In this document: positions 27,507-36,901 of the stretch, one piece after another
Position numbering within the stretch: position 1 is the stretch's first letter
How the letters are laid out: every line of letters starts with the position of its first letter
Origin: Candidatus Latescibacterota bacterium
Lineage (GTDB): Bacteria > Latescibacterota > UBA2968
Direction of reading: 5' to 3'
DNA: 64,000 nucleotides
NCBI GenBank assembly: GCA_965205975.1
Contig: OZ242195.1
Span: forward strand, 544,001-608,000
The notes under the pieces: generated by a model
What the model was told of the DNA's origin: nothing
Databases searched by the model: none
The model's input: only the letters and a program-made list of their open reading frames with translations
Program-made: the position numbers and the translations under genes

Positions 27507-28571
27507 ATGGCCAAACGCAACAACATTAAAGGTACGCAACAAAATGATGGCAAACAGCAAGCAATAGACAACGCGATTGCCCAAATCGAAAAGCAATTTG
27601 GACAGGGGGCTATTATGCGCCTGGGAGGCGAAGATGGGCAACCCCTTGTAACAGAGGTTATTCCGACGGGTTCTCTAAGCCTGGATGTCGCATTGGGTGC
27701 TGGTGGCGTTCCCCAGGGAAGAGTGGTTGAAATATATGGTCCTGAAGGATCGGGCAAAACGACTTTGATTTTGCACATTATTGCCGAGGCACAAAAGCGC
27801 GGTGGGGCAGCGGCTTTTGTCGATGCAGAACACGCATTGAATGTAGAATTGGCCGAGCGCCTGGGCGTAGATATCGAAAACTTATTGATCGCCCAGCCCG
27901 ATACGGGTGAAGAAGCACTCGAAATTACAGATACTCTCGTGCGTAGTGGTGCTTTTGAGGTCGTGGCTTTAGACTCTGTGGCTGCCCTGGTGCCGCGTGC
28001 TGAACTCGAAGGTGATATGGGTGATTCTCACATGGGCTTGCACGCCCGTCTGATGTCTCAAGCCCTGCGCAAACTCGTCGGATCAATCAGTCAGTCTAAA
28101 ACCTGTGTGATCTTTGCCAATCAGATTCGCATGAAGATCGGCGTGATGTTTGGCAATCCCGAGACGACCACCGGTGGCCGTGCGCTTCCGTTTTACGCAT
28201 CGGTGCGTATAGATATTCGACGCATTGGCTCTATTAAAGATGGGCAAGAGGTCGTTGGCAATCGCGTTCGGATTCGCGTGGTGAAAAACAAGATGGCACC
28301 GCCTTTTAAGGAATGTGAAGTCGATCTGATGTTTGGGGAAGGCATTTCCAGAGAGGGCAGTTTGATCGATATGGCCGAATTGCACGGTATTATCAAGAAA
28401 AGTGGTACCTGGTTCTCTTATGGCGATGATCGGCTTGGGCAGGGGCGAGAAAATGTCAAGCGTCATCTGAAAGAGAACGCGGATTTGTCTGCAAAAATCG
28501 AACGCGAGGTGCGCGAGGTCGTGGGGCTTCCCGTGGATAAAGTGTTTGAGCTCGAAGAAGAACCCGCATAA
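27507..28571 (+). CDS. recA: Recombinase A
   Basis: [27 protein letters not shown]. Confidence 0.98.
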   Translation: MAKRNNIKGTQQNDGKQQAIDNAIAQIEKQFGQGAIMRLGGEDGQPLVTEVIPTGSLSLDVALGAGGVPQGRVVEIYGPEGSGKTTLILHIIAEAQKRGGAAAFVDAEHALNVELAERLGVDIENLLIAQPDTGEEALEITDTLVRSGAFEVVALDSVAALVPRAELEGDMGDSHMGLHARLMSQALRKLVGSISQSKTCVIFANQIRMKIGVMFGNPETTTGGRALPFYASVRIDIRRIGSIKDGQEVVGNRVRIRVVKNKMAPPFKECEVDLMFGEGISREGSLIDMAELHGIIKKSGTWFSYGDDRLGQGRENVKRHLKENADLSAKIEREVREVVGLPVDKVFELEEEPA

Positions 28572-28700
28572 GTATGTTGTTGACATCTCAACTTTCTCTA
28601 ATTTAATTCATAACGGATTTTACATGATAAAAACTGGGAATCTTTGTTGGTTATAATGTCACCTTTTTATTTTCCCAGCCTTCAGAGAAATTGAGAAAGG

Positions 28701-31661
28701 ATGTCGCAAATGTTTTTGAACAAAGGAATGTTGTTTATTACTGTCCTTGTGTTGCTGTTATGCGTGGGGCAAGTCTCTGCTGGTTCCGTAGGCAATCAGG
28801 ATGATACTACGCAGCCTGGAGATCTCAACAGCGATGGGATGGTTAACTTTGCGGATTTTTTGTTATTTGCGAGCCTGTTTGGAGTAAGTCAAGGCGATGA
28901 TAGGTATGATGCCCGGGCTGATCTGGACGGAGATGGTACGATAGGTTTTGGCGATTTTTTGGCCTTTGTCAGTGCCTTTGGCACATCTGGTCCTGGCGAT
29001 GGTGGCGGTGGTGCCCCTGATCTCATTGTTATAGCACCTTCGGTGAGCGATACCACGCTGGCGCCTGAGCAGATGTTCACACTGAATGCGACGGTACGCA
29101 ACGCTGGGAATGGACAAGCCGCGGAGACGACGCTGACGTATTACAGCTCGACCGATGCGACGATCACAACGAGTGATACACAGGTTGGCACGAGTGCCAT
29201 AGACAGTCTCAATGCTGGAAGCACGAGTGGTCAGTCGATTGACTTGAATGCGCCATCGAGTGCCGGCACGTACTATTACGGTGCCTGCGTGGCGAGCGTC
29301 AGTGGGGAGAGCAATACGGATAACAACTGCTCAGCTGGGGTGAGTGTCACGGTCAGCGATGGCGGGGAAGGTGGTCAAGGCAGTGGTGAGACGTCCTTCG
29401 ATCTGGACCGCAACAACAATCCGCAGGATATCCTCTATGTCAATAATCGATTCTATGTGCTTGATCAGGAGGGTGCAAGGGTCTATGGGTACGGGGGTGA
29501 CGGTCAGCGTGATGCGAATGCCGACTTCCGTCTGGATAGCGGTGCCCCGCAGAGTATCACCTTTGCCAATGACCGATTCTATGTAGTTGATGATACGGAT
29601 GATAAGGTCTATGGATATGGGAGTGACGGTCAGCGCGATGCGGGTGCAGACTTCGATTTGGGTATCAGTGATCCGAGGGGTATCGCCTTTGCCAACGACC
29701 GGTTCTTTGTGGTTAATGACGGGGATGATAAGGTCTATGGATATGGGAGTGACGGTCAGCGCGATGCGGGTGCAGACTTTGATCTGGGTATCAGCGATCC
29801 GATGGGTATCACCTTTGCCAATGACCGATTCTATGTGGTTAATGACGGGGATAATAGGGTCTATGTGTACACGAGTTCTGGTCAGCGTGTTGAGGATGCA
29901 GGCTTCCGCTTGTTTACCGGTGATCCGAGGGGTATCGCCTTTGCCAACAACCGATTCTATGTGGTTGATTTCTGGAATGATAAGGTCTATGGGCACGGGA
30001 GTGACGGGCGGCGTGATTCGGCTGGAGACTTCGACCTGCATAGCAACAACACTCCGCAAGGTATTGCCTACGTCAACGACCGATTCTATGTGCTCGATGT
30101 GGATGATGGGAAGGTCTATGTGTATGGGAGTGATGGTCAGCGCGATGCGGCAGCAGACTTCGACCTGGTTAACAGTGATCCGTTTAGTATTACCTATGCC
30201 AATGACCGATTCTATGTGCTCGATCCCTCGGACCTAAAGGTCTATGTGTACACGAGTTCTGGTCAGCGTGTTGAGGATGCAGACTTCGACCTGGCTGGCA
30301 ACAACGATGATCCATCGGGTATCAGCTATATCAACGAGCAATTCTATGTGCTTGATCCCACAGATGAAAAGGTTTATGTGTACACGAGTTCTGGTCAGCG
30401 TGATGCGATTGCAGACTTCAATCTGGCTAACAGTTCTCCGTCGGGTCTCACCTTTGTCAACAATCTATTCTATGTGCTTGATTCCGCAGATGAAAAGGTT
30501 TATGTGTACACGAGTTCTGGTCAGCGTGTTGCAGCTGCAGACTTTGATGTGGCTTTCAGTTCTCCGGTGGGTCTCATCTATGTCGGCAACCAATTCTATG
30601 TACTTGATATCGAAGGTGCAAAGGCTCATTGGTACACGAGTGCCGACCCAAGTCCTGATCTAATTGTTGTGGCGCCTTCGGTGAGCAATAGCAGCCCGAG
30701 TATCGACGAGGCCTTCGGTTTGAGTGTTGTGGTTCGCAATCAGGGCGCGGGTTCTTCGGCTGCGACGACCTTGCGTTTCTACCTCTCGCCCGACACGACG
30801 ATTACAACGAGTGATACAGTGGTTGGCACGGCTGCCATAGGTAGTCTCAATGCGGGAGGGCCGGATGGTCAGGCGATTGATTTGAATGCGCCATCAAGCG
30901 TGGGTATATACTACTACGGTGCGTGTGTCCAAAGCGTCAGTGGAGAGAGCGATACGGATAACAACTGCTCGAATGGGGTGCGTGTTTCGACTGCAAACTT
31001 TGATCTGGATGGCGACAACACTGATCCGGAAGGTATGACCTATGCCAACAACCGATTCTATGTGGTTGATGCCAGAGATACAAAGGTCTATGCGTACACG
31101 AGTTCTGGTCAGCGCGATGCGGCAGCAGACTTCGCCCTGGATGGCGGCAACACTGGTCCAGAAGATATCATCTATGCCAACAACCGGTTCTATGTGCTTG
31201 ATCGGGGAAATGTGTCTGATCGAGGGGATGAAAAGGTCTATGCGTACACGAGTTCTGGTCAGCGCGATGCGGCAGCAGACTTCGATCTGGATAGCAACAA
31301 CAGTACTCCGTCGAGTATGACCTATGCCAACGACCGATTCTATGTGGTTGATTTTTTGAGTGCAAAGGTCTATGCGTACACGAGTTCTGGTCAGGGTGAT
31401 GCGGCAGCAGACTTCGCCCTGGATGAAAACAATACTGATCCGTTTGGTATTAGCTATGTCAATGACCTATTCTATGTGGTTAATAACGCGGACGAGGGTG
31501 CACAGGTTTATGCGTACACGAGTTCTGGGCAACGTGATGAGGATGCGGATTTCAATCTGCCTAACAGTGATCCGTTTGGTGCTACCTATGTCAATGACCT
31601 ATTCTATGTGGTTGATAACGGAGATGATCAGGTCTATGCGTACACGAGTTCCGGACAATAA
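28701..31661 (+). CDS. Secreted repeat protein: dockerin/EF-hand-like, CARDB, 10 propeller-like repeats, CARDB, 5 repeats
   Basis: Signal peptide; GDLNSDGMVNFADF and ADLDGDGTIGFGDF; PDLIV...YYYGACV..ESNTDNNCS twice; 15 repeats of about 42-50 aa. Confidence 0.88.
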   Translation: MSQMFLNKGMLFITVLVLLLCVGQVSAGSVGNQDDTTQPGDLNSDGMVNFADFLLFASLFGVSQGDDRYDARADLDGDGTIGFGDFLAFVSAFGTSGPGDGGGGAPDLIVIAPSVSDTTLAPEQMFTLNATVRNAGNGQAAETTLTYYSSTDATITTSDTQVGTSAIDSLNAGSTSGQSIDLNAPSSAGTYYYGACVASVSGESNTDNNCSAGVSVTVSDGGEGGQGSGETSFDLDRNNNPQDILYVNNRFYVLDQEGARVYGYGGDGQRDANADFRLDSGAPQSITFANDRFYVVDDTDDKVYGYGSDGQRDAGADFDLGISDPRGIAFANDRFFVVNDGDDKVYGYGSDGQRDAGADFDLGISDPMGITFANDRFYVVNDGDNRVYVYTSSGQRVEDAGFRLFTGDPRGIAFANNRFYVVDFWNDKVYGHGSDGRRDSAGDFDLHSNNTPQGIAYVNDRFYVLDVDDGKVYVYGSDGQRDAAADFDLVNSDPFSITYANDRFYVLDPSDLKVYVYTSSGQRVEDADFDLAGNNDDPSGISYINEQFYVLDPTDEKVYVYTSSGQRDAIADFNLANSSPSGLTFVNNLFYVLDSADEKVYVYTSSGQRVAAADFDVAFSSPVGLIYVGNQFYVLDIEGAKAHWYTSADPSPDLIVVAPSVSNSSPSIDEAFGLSVVVRNQGAGSSAATTLRFYLSPDTTITTSDTVVGTAAIGSLNAGGPDGQAIDLNAPSSVGIYYYGACVQSVSGESDTDNNCSNGVRVSTANFDLDGDNTDPEGMTYANNRFYVVDARDTKVYAYTSSGQRDAAADFALDGGNTGPEDIIYANNRFYVLDRGNVSDRGDEKVYAYTSSGQRDAAADFDLDSNNSTPSSMTYANDRFYVVDFLSAKVYAYTSSGQGDAAADFALDENNTDPFGISYVNDLFYVVNNADEGAQVYAYTSSGQRDEDADFNLPNSDPFGATYVNDLFYVVDNGDDQVYAYTSSGQ

Positions 31662-31765
31662 CGCACGGGGAACATGAGAAAGAAATCGCATTTTAGGCTT
31701 TGACAACAGAGTGGGTTTGCCTATTTTAATACCTGCTCTGTTGTTTTTTTTAACGAGAATTTGTC

Positions 31766-32263
31766 GTGAAATTAGAGACTGATAAAGCCGTTGAAAAGGC
31801 CAGGGCGTATGCCTTGCGCTTGCTGAGCAGACGTGCTTATACAAAAAAAGAGATTTGCGACAAACTCGCTGGACGAGGTTATGAGCAAGGCGCGATTGAA
31901 CAGACTCTCTCGATGCTCAAGCGTCTCAATTTAATTGATGATGTGTTGTTTGCGCGTCAATTTGTCGAGCAACGGTTGCGATTGCGGCCTTCTGGGCGGG
32001 TAGCACTTGTGCGCGATCTTGTGCGTCGGGGTGTTCCCGCTGAGATAATCAATCGCGTTTTGGACGATGTTTTGGCTGATATTGACATTGAAGATGTCGC
32101 ACTCGATTTGCTTATGGGCAGGGCAAATCGCTACCGGGGATTGTCTCGAGAGAAAGCTCTCGGGCGGATGTTCGGTTTTTTAGGGCGCCGGGGTTTTGAG
32201 GTTTCGGTTGCGCGAGATGTCGCTCAAAAAGTGTGGTGTAAAATAGATAATGAAGAAGGTTGA
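31766..32263 (+). CDS. recX: Regulatory protein RecX
   Basis: ALRLLSRR, LIDD..FA, FL.RRGF; between recA and alaS. Confidence 0.9.
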   Translation: MKLETDKAVEKARAYALRLLSRRAYTKKEICDKLAGRGYEQGAIEQTLSMLKRLNLIDDVLFARQFVEQRLRLRPSGRVALVRDLVRRGVPAEIINRVLDDVLADIDIEDVALDLLMGRANRYRGLSREKALGRMFGFLGRRGFEVSVARDVAQKVWCKIDNEEG

Positions 32264-32270
32264 ATAAAAG

Positions 32271-34883
32271 ATGAAGACTGCTGTACAAATTCGCGAAGAG
32301 TTTCAGGCATTTTTTGAATCCAAAGGCCATACGCGGGTTCAAAGTGCCCCTCTATTGCCGCAAGACGATCCTACACTGTTGTTTACTAATGCGGGTATGA
32401 ATCAGTTTAAGGATGTGTTTTTGGGCACCGGGCGTCGGTCTTATTCACGGGCGGTTGATACGCAGAAGTGTTTGCGGGTTTCGGGCAAACACAATGATTT
32501 GGAAGAAGTGGGGTTCAGCCCCAAACATCACACATTTTTTGAGATGTTGGGCAACTGGTCTTTTGGCGACTACTTTAAAGAAGAAGCCATAGCATGGGCC
32601 TGGGAGTTGCTCACAGATGTGTGGCAGTTGCCAAAAGATCGCATGTGGGCAACGGTGTTTGGCGGCGACGAAAAGGATGGCCTGGAGGCCGATGTAGAGG
32701 CTGAAAAACTCTGGACGCGCGTGACGGATTTGCCCGCTAATCGCGTGTTGCGTCTGGGTAAGGAAGATAATTTTTGGGAGATGGGAAGTACAGGTCCTTG
32801 TGGCCCGTGTTCCGAAATACACTTTTATCTCGGCGATGACCCGGCGCAACAGGATGCTGTGCCGGATTTAGATTCCGAGGATTATGTCGAAATCTGGAAT
32901 CTGGTTTTTATTCAGTACAATCGCGATGCCGATGGCATATTGCAGCCTTTGCCGGCTCAGCACGTGGATACGGGGATGGGATTTGAGCGGATTTGTTCGA
33001 TTTTGCAGGGTGTAAAAACTACTTATGATACGGATGTGTTTTTGCCAGTTATTGGGGCAATCAGTGAGATTACTCGAAAACCCTATAACAAAGACCATCA
33101 GGTGCCCATACGCGTGATTGCCGATCACGTGCGCGCACTCGCATTTGCAATCGCAGACGGGACGCTGCCTTCCAATGAAGGGCGAGGCTATGTTTTGCGG
33201 CGAATTTTGCGCCGTGCTGCGCGGTTTGGACGCTCGCTGGGGATGCATGAGCCGTTTATATTTCGACTGGTAGAGACAGTAGCCAGTGAAATGCGTGTTG
33301 CTTTTCCCGAGGTAATAGAAAAACGCGATTATATTACACGGGTGATTCGGTCTGAGGAAGAGGGTTTTGGCAAAACACTGGATCGCGGGCTGGAAATTTT
33401 TGACGCGATGCAGGCGAGAGGACATATTTCCGGAGCAGATGCTTTTCAGTTGTACGATACCTATGGTTTTCCCATTGATTTGACGCGGCTAATGGCAGCC
33501 GAAAAGGGTATTGAGGTGGATGAGGAGGGCTTTGAAGCGCAAATGGCGGCACAGCAGGAGAGGTCTCGTTCTGCAGCTTCTTTTGATTTTAAAGTAAGTG
33601 TCTCAGAAGTTACACATATTCCTAAATCGGAATTTGTGGGATACGAAACACTTGCATCCGATTCGCGCATTGTCGCCTGTCAACCCGCACAGGATGAGAT
33701 GTTGGATCTCTATCTGGATATAACGCCATTTTATGCCGAGTCTGGCGGGCAGGTCGGGGATACGGGTGAAATTGTAGGAGAAGGTGTGCGTTTTGAGGTA
33801 GAAACTACATTTAAGGCGGGAGAAGCAATTGTTCATCGCGGTCGCCTGTGCAATGGGCAGGCCGAAGGGTTGGTGGGTACAGGCGTGAATGCGCGTGTCG
33901 ATGCTGAAACCCGTTTGAATACAGCGCGCAATCACACTGCCACGCATCTGATGCATCGCGCTTTGCGGCAGGTATTGGGCGATCATGTACATCAGGCTGG
34001 CTCGTTGGTTGCCCCGGATAGGTTGCGGTTTGATTTTACGCATTTTGAAGGTGTAACGCCCGCGCAATTGGACGATATTGTGGGGATTGTAAATGACGCG
34101 GTCAGGCGGGATTGGGCTGTCGATATTTCTTTTGACACATTAGATCGCGCTGTGGAAATGGGTGCGATGATGTTATTTGGCGAAAAATATGGCGATGAGG
34201 TGCGCATGGTGCAGGTGGGGGATTTTAGCCTGGAGTTGTGCGGTGGCACGCATGTGCAAAGCACCGGACAAATAGGGCTGTTTCAACTCACGCAAGAGAC
34301 GGGTACCGCAGCTAGTGTGCGGCGCATTGAGGCGGTCACCGGGTCGGGTGCAGAAGCCCTCGTGCGCGAGCAAAAGAAAATTTTGGTCGATCTCTCATCG
34401 CAACTGAGTGCGTCAACATCGGAATTGTCGGATAAGGTCGCGCACCTGATCGCGCACAATCGCGAACTCGAGCGCGAGTTGCAGGGTTTGCGATGGGAAC
34501 GGGCCGGTTCAGAGATGGATATGCTGGTGAACAGTGCTCTGAATGTAAATGGGTTACGCGTTGTGGCTGCCGAGGTTTCGCCACCTGATATGGACGGATT
34601 TCGCACAATGGGCGACGGTTTGCGAGATGCCCTGGGCACAGGGGGGGTTGGTGTGATTGGTGCAAACTTAAATGGCAAGGCATCACTTCTGGCGGTGGTG
34701 ACGGACGATCTGATTGGTCAGGGTGTGCAGGCTGGCAATGTTGTCAAAGCCATTGCACAGATTGTGGGTGGTGGTGGAGGCGGTCGCCCCCATCTGGCAC
34801 AGGCCGGTGGTAAGTTTCCCGAAAAGATCGGAGAGGCTCTGGCGCGAGTGCCTGACATCATTCGGGCGCAGGTGGGAGGGTAA
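32271..34883 (+). CDS. alaS: Alanine--tRNA ligase
   Basis: LLFTNAGM, FEMLGNWSFGDYFK, HTATH, ELCGGTH. Confidence 0.98.
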   Translation: MKTAVQIREEFQAFFESKGHTRVQSAPLLPQDDPTLLFTNAGMNQFKDVFLGTGRRSYSRAVDTQKCLRVSGKHNDLEEVGFSPKHHTFFEMLGNWSFGDYFKEEAIAWAWELLTDVWQLPKDRMWATVFGGDEKDGLEADVEAEKLWTRVTDLPANRVLRLGKEDNFWEMGSTGPCGPCSEIHFYLGDDPAQQDAVPDLDSEDYVEIWNLVFIQYNRDADGILQPLPAQHVDTGMGFERICSILQGVKTTYDTDVFLPVIGAISEITRKPYNKDHQVPIRVIADHVRALAFAIADGTLPSNEGRGYVLRRILRRAARFGRSLGMHEPFIFRLVETVASEMRVAFPEVIEKRDYITRVIRSEEEGFGKTLDRGLEIFDAMQARGHISGADAFQLYDTYGFPIDLTRLMAAEKGIEVDEEGFEAQMAAQQERSRSAASFDFKVSVSEVTHIPKSEFVGYETLASDSRIVACQPAQDEMLDLYLDITPFYAESGGQVGDTGEIVGEGVRFEVETTFKAGEAIVHRGRLCNGQAEGLVGTGVNARVDAETRLNTARNHTATHLMHRALRQVLGDHVHQAGSLVAPDRLRFDFTHFEGVTPAQLDDIVGIVNDAVRRDWAVDISFDTLDRAVEMGAMMLFGEKYGDEVRMVQVGDFSLELCGGTHVQSTGQIGLFQLTQETGTAASVRRIEAVTGSGAEALVREQKKILVDLSSQLSASTSELSDKVAHLIAHNRELERELQGLRWERAGSEMDMLVNSALNVNGLRVVAAEVSPPDMDGFRTMGDGLRDALGTGGVGVIGANLNGKASLLAVVTDDLIGQGVQAGNVVKAIAQIVGGGGGGRPHLAQAGGKFPEKIGEALARVPDIIRAQVGG

Positions 34884-34891
34884 GTGCCTCA

Positions 34892-35641
34892 ATGTCGATA
34901 TTCGAACAGTTGGTGGCTATTCGCAATCGCCGCGGGGCGGGGTTTTTGCCCTACCTGGATCCCGACAGGCTCGACAAAAAGGATCTGGGACGCACTGCCT
35001 CTATTTGTGAAGCGCAGGGGGCAGACGCCATTTTGATTGGCGGTAGTTTCTTGTTATCCACCAATTTTGACCGCATGGTACGCGAGGTCGTACGCGCTGT
35101 AGATATTCCGGTGATTATATTTCCCGGCGATACCAACCAGATATCAGCGGCTGCCGATGCGATTATGTTTTTGTCGCTTATCAGTGGACGCAATCCCGAA
35201 TTGCTGATTGGGCAACAAGTTAAGGCTGCGCCAATTTTGAAAGCTCACGGCTTAGAGGCCATTGCAACCGGCTACGCGCTCGTGGATACAGGGCAGCTAA
35301 CTACGGCCGAATACGTGAGCAACACGCGTCCCTTGCCGCGTGACAAACCCGAGATTGCAATGGCGCACGCTCTTGCCGCCGAGTATTTGGGTATGCAATG
35401 CGTGTATCTGGATGCCGGTAGCGGGCCAGAGTTGATGGTACCCGAAGAAATAGTACAGGCAGTCTGTAGTTATGTGTCGATCCCAATAATTGTTGGCGGT
35501 GGCATTCGCGATCCCAAAGCTGCGGCAAAACGGGTCGCATTGGGCGCAGCTTTTGTGGTGGTTGGTAGTATTTTTGAAGAAACGAGCTGGGATGCCGCGC
35601 TGATTGGCGCGTTTGCTTCTGCCATTCACTGTCTCGACTGA
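34892..35641 (+). CDS. Geranylgeranylglyceryl phosphate synthase family protein (group II-like)
   Basis: LDPD, IGGS, IIFPG, SLISGRNPELLIG, YLDAGSG, VGGGIR. Confidence 0.88.
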   Translation: MSIFEQLVAIRNRRGAGFLPYLDPDRLDKKDLGRTASICEAQGADAILIGGSFLLSTNFDRMVREVVRAVDIPVIIFPGDTNQISAAADAIMFLSLISGRNPELLIGQQVKAAPILKAHGLEAIATGYALVDTGQLTTAEYVSNTRPLPRDKPEIAMAHALAAEYLGMQCVYLDAGSGPELMVPEEIVQAVCSYVSIPIIVGGGIRDPKAAAKRVALGAAFVVVGSIFEETSWDAALIGAFASAIHCLD

Positions 35642-35711
35642 GTCCATTTTTTGACAATTGGGGATGTCGTTACCGTCTTTGCGGACGGTTTTTTTATGTG
35701 AGCGTATTGTC

Positions 35712-36602
35712 ATGGCTATTTCATCTGCTACAGTGTTGTGTTACGGGGTACTGGGTATTGATCAAATCGTGCAAGTGGCCTGGTTTCCCGAACGCAATGG
35801 TCACACGCGTGCGTTTCGCGACGAAGAATTTGTCGGTGGAGAAGCGACCAATACGGCGGTGACTCTGAGCGGGTTGGGGGTTGATGTGCGGTTGATGGGG
35901 TGTGCAATAGGAGATGATCGCAGGGGGGCGCTTTTCTTGCGCACAATGCGTCAATTTGACGTGGATATCCGCAGGCTCGATATAGATCCCAGCGTTCGCA
36001 CCGGGCACGCTGTTATCCTATCTGATGTCAACGGTGGTCGAACGATTTGTGGACATTTTCCCGATTTGCGTAGTAGGCCACTGACCGAGGCGGATCTCGA
36101 TGGTGTTGCCCTGTTGTCTGTCGATCCCTTTTTAGGAGAAAATGCAATACGAGCAGCTAAAATTGCGCGGGCTTGTGATGTGACGGTATTTGCAATTGAA
36201 CTGACGCCAGATCACCCACTTGCAAAATTTTGTGATGTAGTGATCAATTCTGACGGTTTTATGCGCCGACACAGAATGGGCATGCCTTCGGATGTGGCGG
36301 TTGGGCTTTTGAAGGCCGGTATAGAAACTGTGGTGATTACCAAAGGAAAACAGGGTTGTCAGGTTTTCCAGGAAAATGGCAATAGTTTTGAACAGCCCGC
36401 ATACCAGGTCACTATGCGCGATACAACCGGGGCGGGAGATGCGTTTCGAGCTGGCCTTATTTATGGGTATTTACAGGGATGGACGCTGACGCGCAGTGTG
36501 AAATTCGCCAGCGGAAGTGCCGCACTAACATGTGCTAAAGCCGGTGGAGCAGGGCATATTCACGGAGAAGAACAGGTCTTGCAACTGATTGCCGAAGATT
36601 GA
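35712..36602 (+). CDS. PfkB-family carbohydrate kinase
   Basis: GGEATNTA, DTTGAGDAF. Confidence 0.9.
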   Translation: MAISSATVLCYGVLGIDQIVQVAWFPERNGHTRAFRDEEFVGGEATNTAVTLSGLGVDVRLMGCAIGDDRRGALFLRTMRQFDVDIRRLDIDPSVRTGHAVILSDVNGGRTICGHFPDLRSRPLTEADLDGVALLSVDPFLGENAIRAAKIARACDVTVFAIELTPDHPLAKFCDVVINSDGFMRRHRMGMPSDVAVGLLKAGIETVVITKGKQGCQVFQENGNSFEQPAYQVTMRDTTGAGDAFRAGLIYGYLQGWTLTRSVKFASGSAALTCAKAGGAGHIHGEEQVLQLIAED

Positions 36603-36637
36603 ATTTCAAATGTTTCTGATTATGGATGATACACACG

Positions 36638-36898
36638 ATGCTGGAACAACGGGCTACGGTAAAAAATAAACTGGGTATTCACGCGAGACCCGCAGCTTTG
36701 CTGGTACAGGCGGCGGCTAAGTTTACTTCTGAAATTACACTGGAAAAAGATGGTCTGGCAATCAATGGCAAGAGCATTATGGGTGTGATGATGTTGGCCG
36801 CGGAAGTGGGTTCTGTGATCACGGTGCGGGTCGAGGGTGAAGATGCCCGCGATGCACTGGATCGTATCGTCGAAATGATTGAATCAAAATTTGACTGA
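36638..36898 (+). CDS. ptsH: Phosphocarrier protein HPr
   Basis: GIHARPA, NGKSIMG. Confidence 0.95.
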   Translation: MLEQRATVKNKLGIHARPAALLVQAAAKFTSEITLEKDGLAINGKSIMGVMMLAAEVGSVITVRVEGEDARDALDRIVEMIESKFD

Positions 36899-36901
36899 GC
36901 T

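Noticed and set aside
29390..31660. Periodic DNA repeats that could look like a CRISPR array or a DGR template/variable pair
   Set aside because: They are in-frame ~126-150 bp coding repeats; no cas genes or reverse transcriptase are present, and differences are not confined to adenines.
29344..31677. Long alternative-frame ORFs inside the repeat gene
   Set aside because: Shadow ORFs produced by repetitive codon usage.
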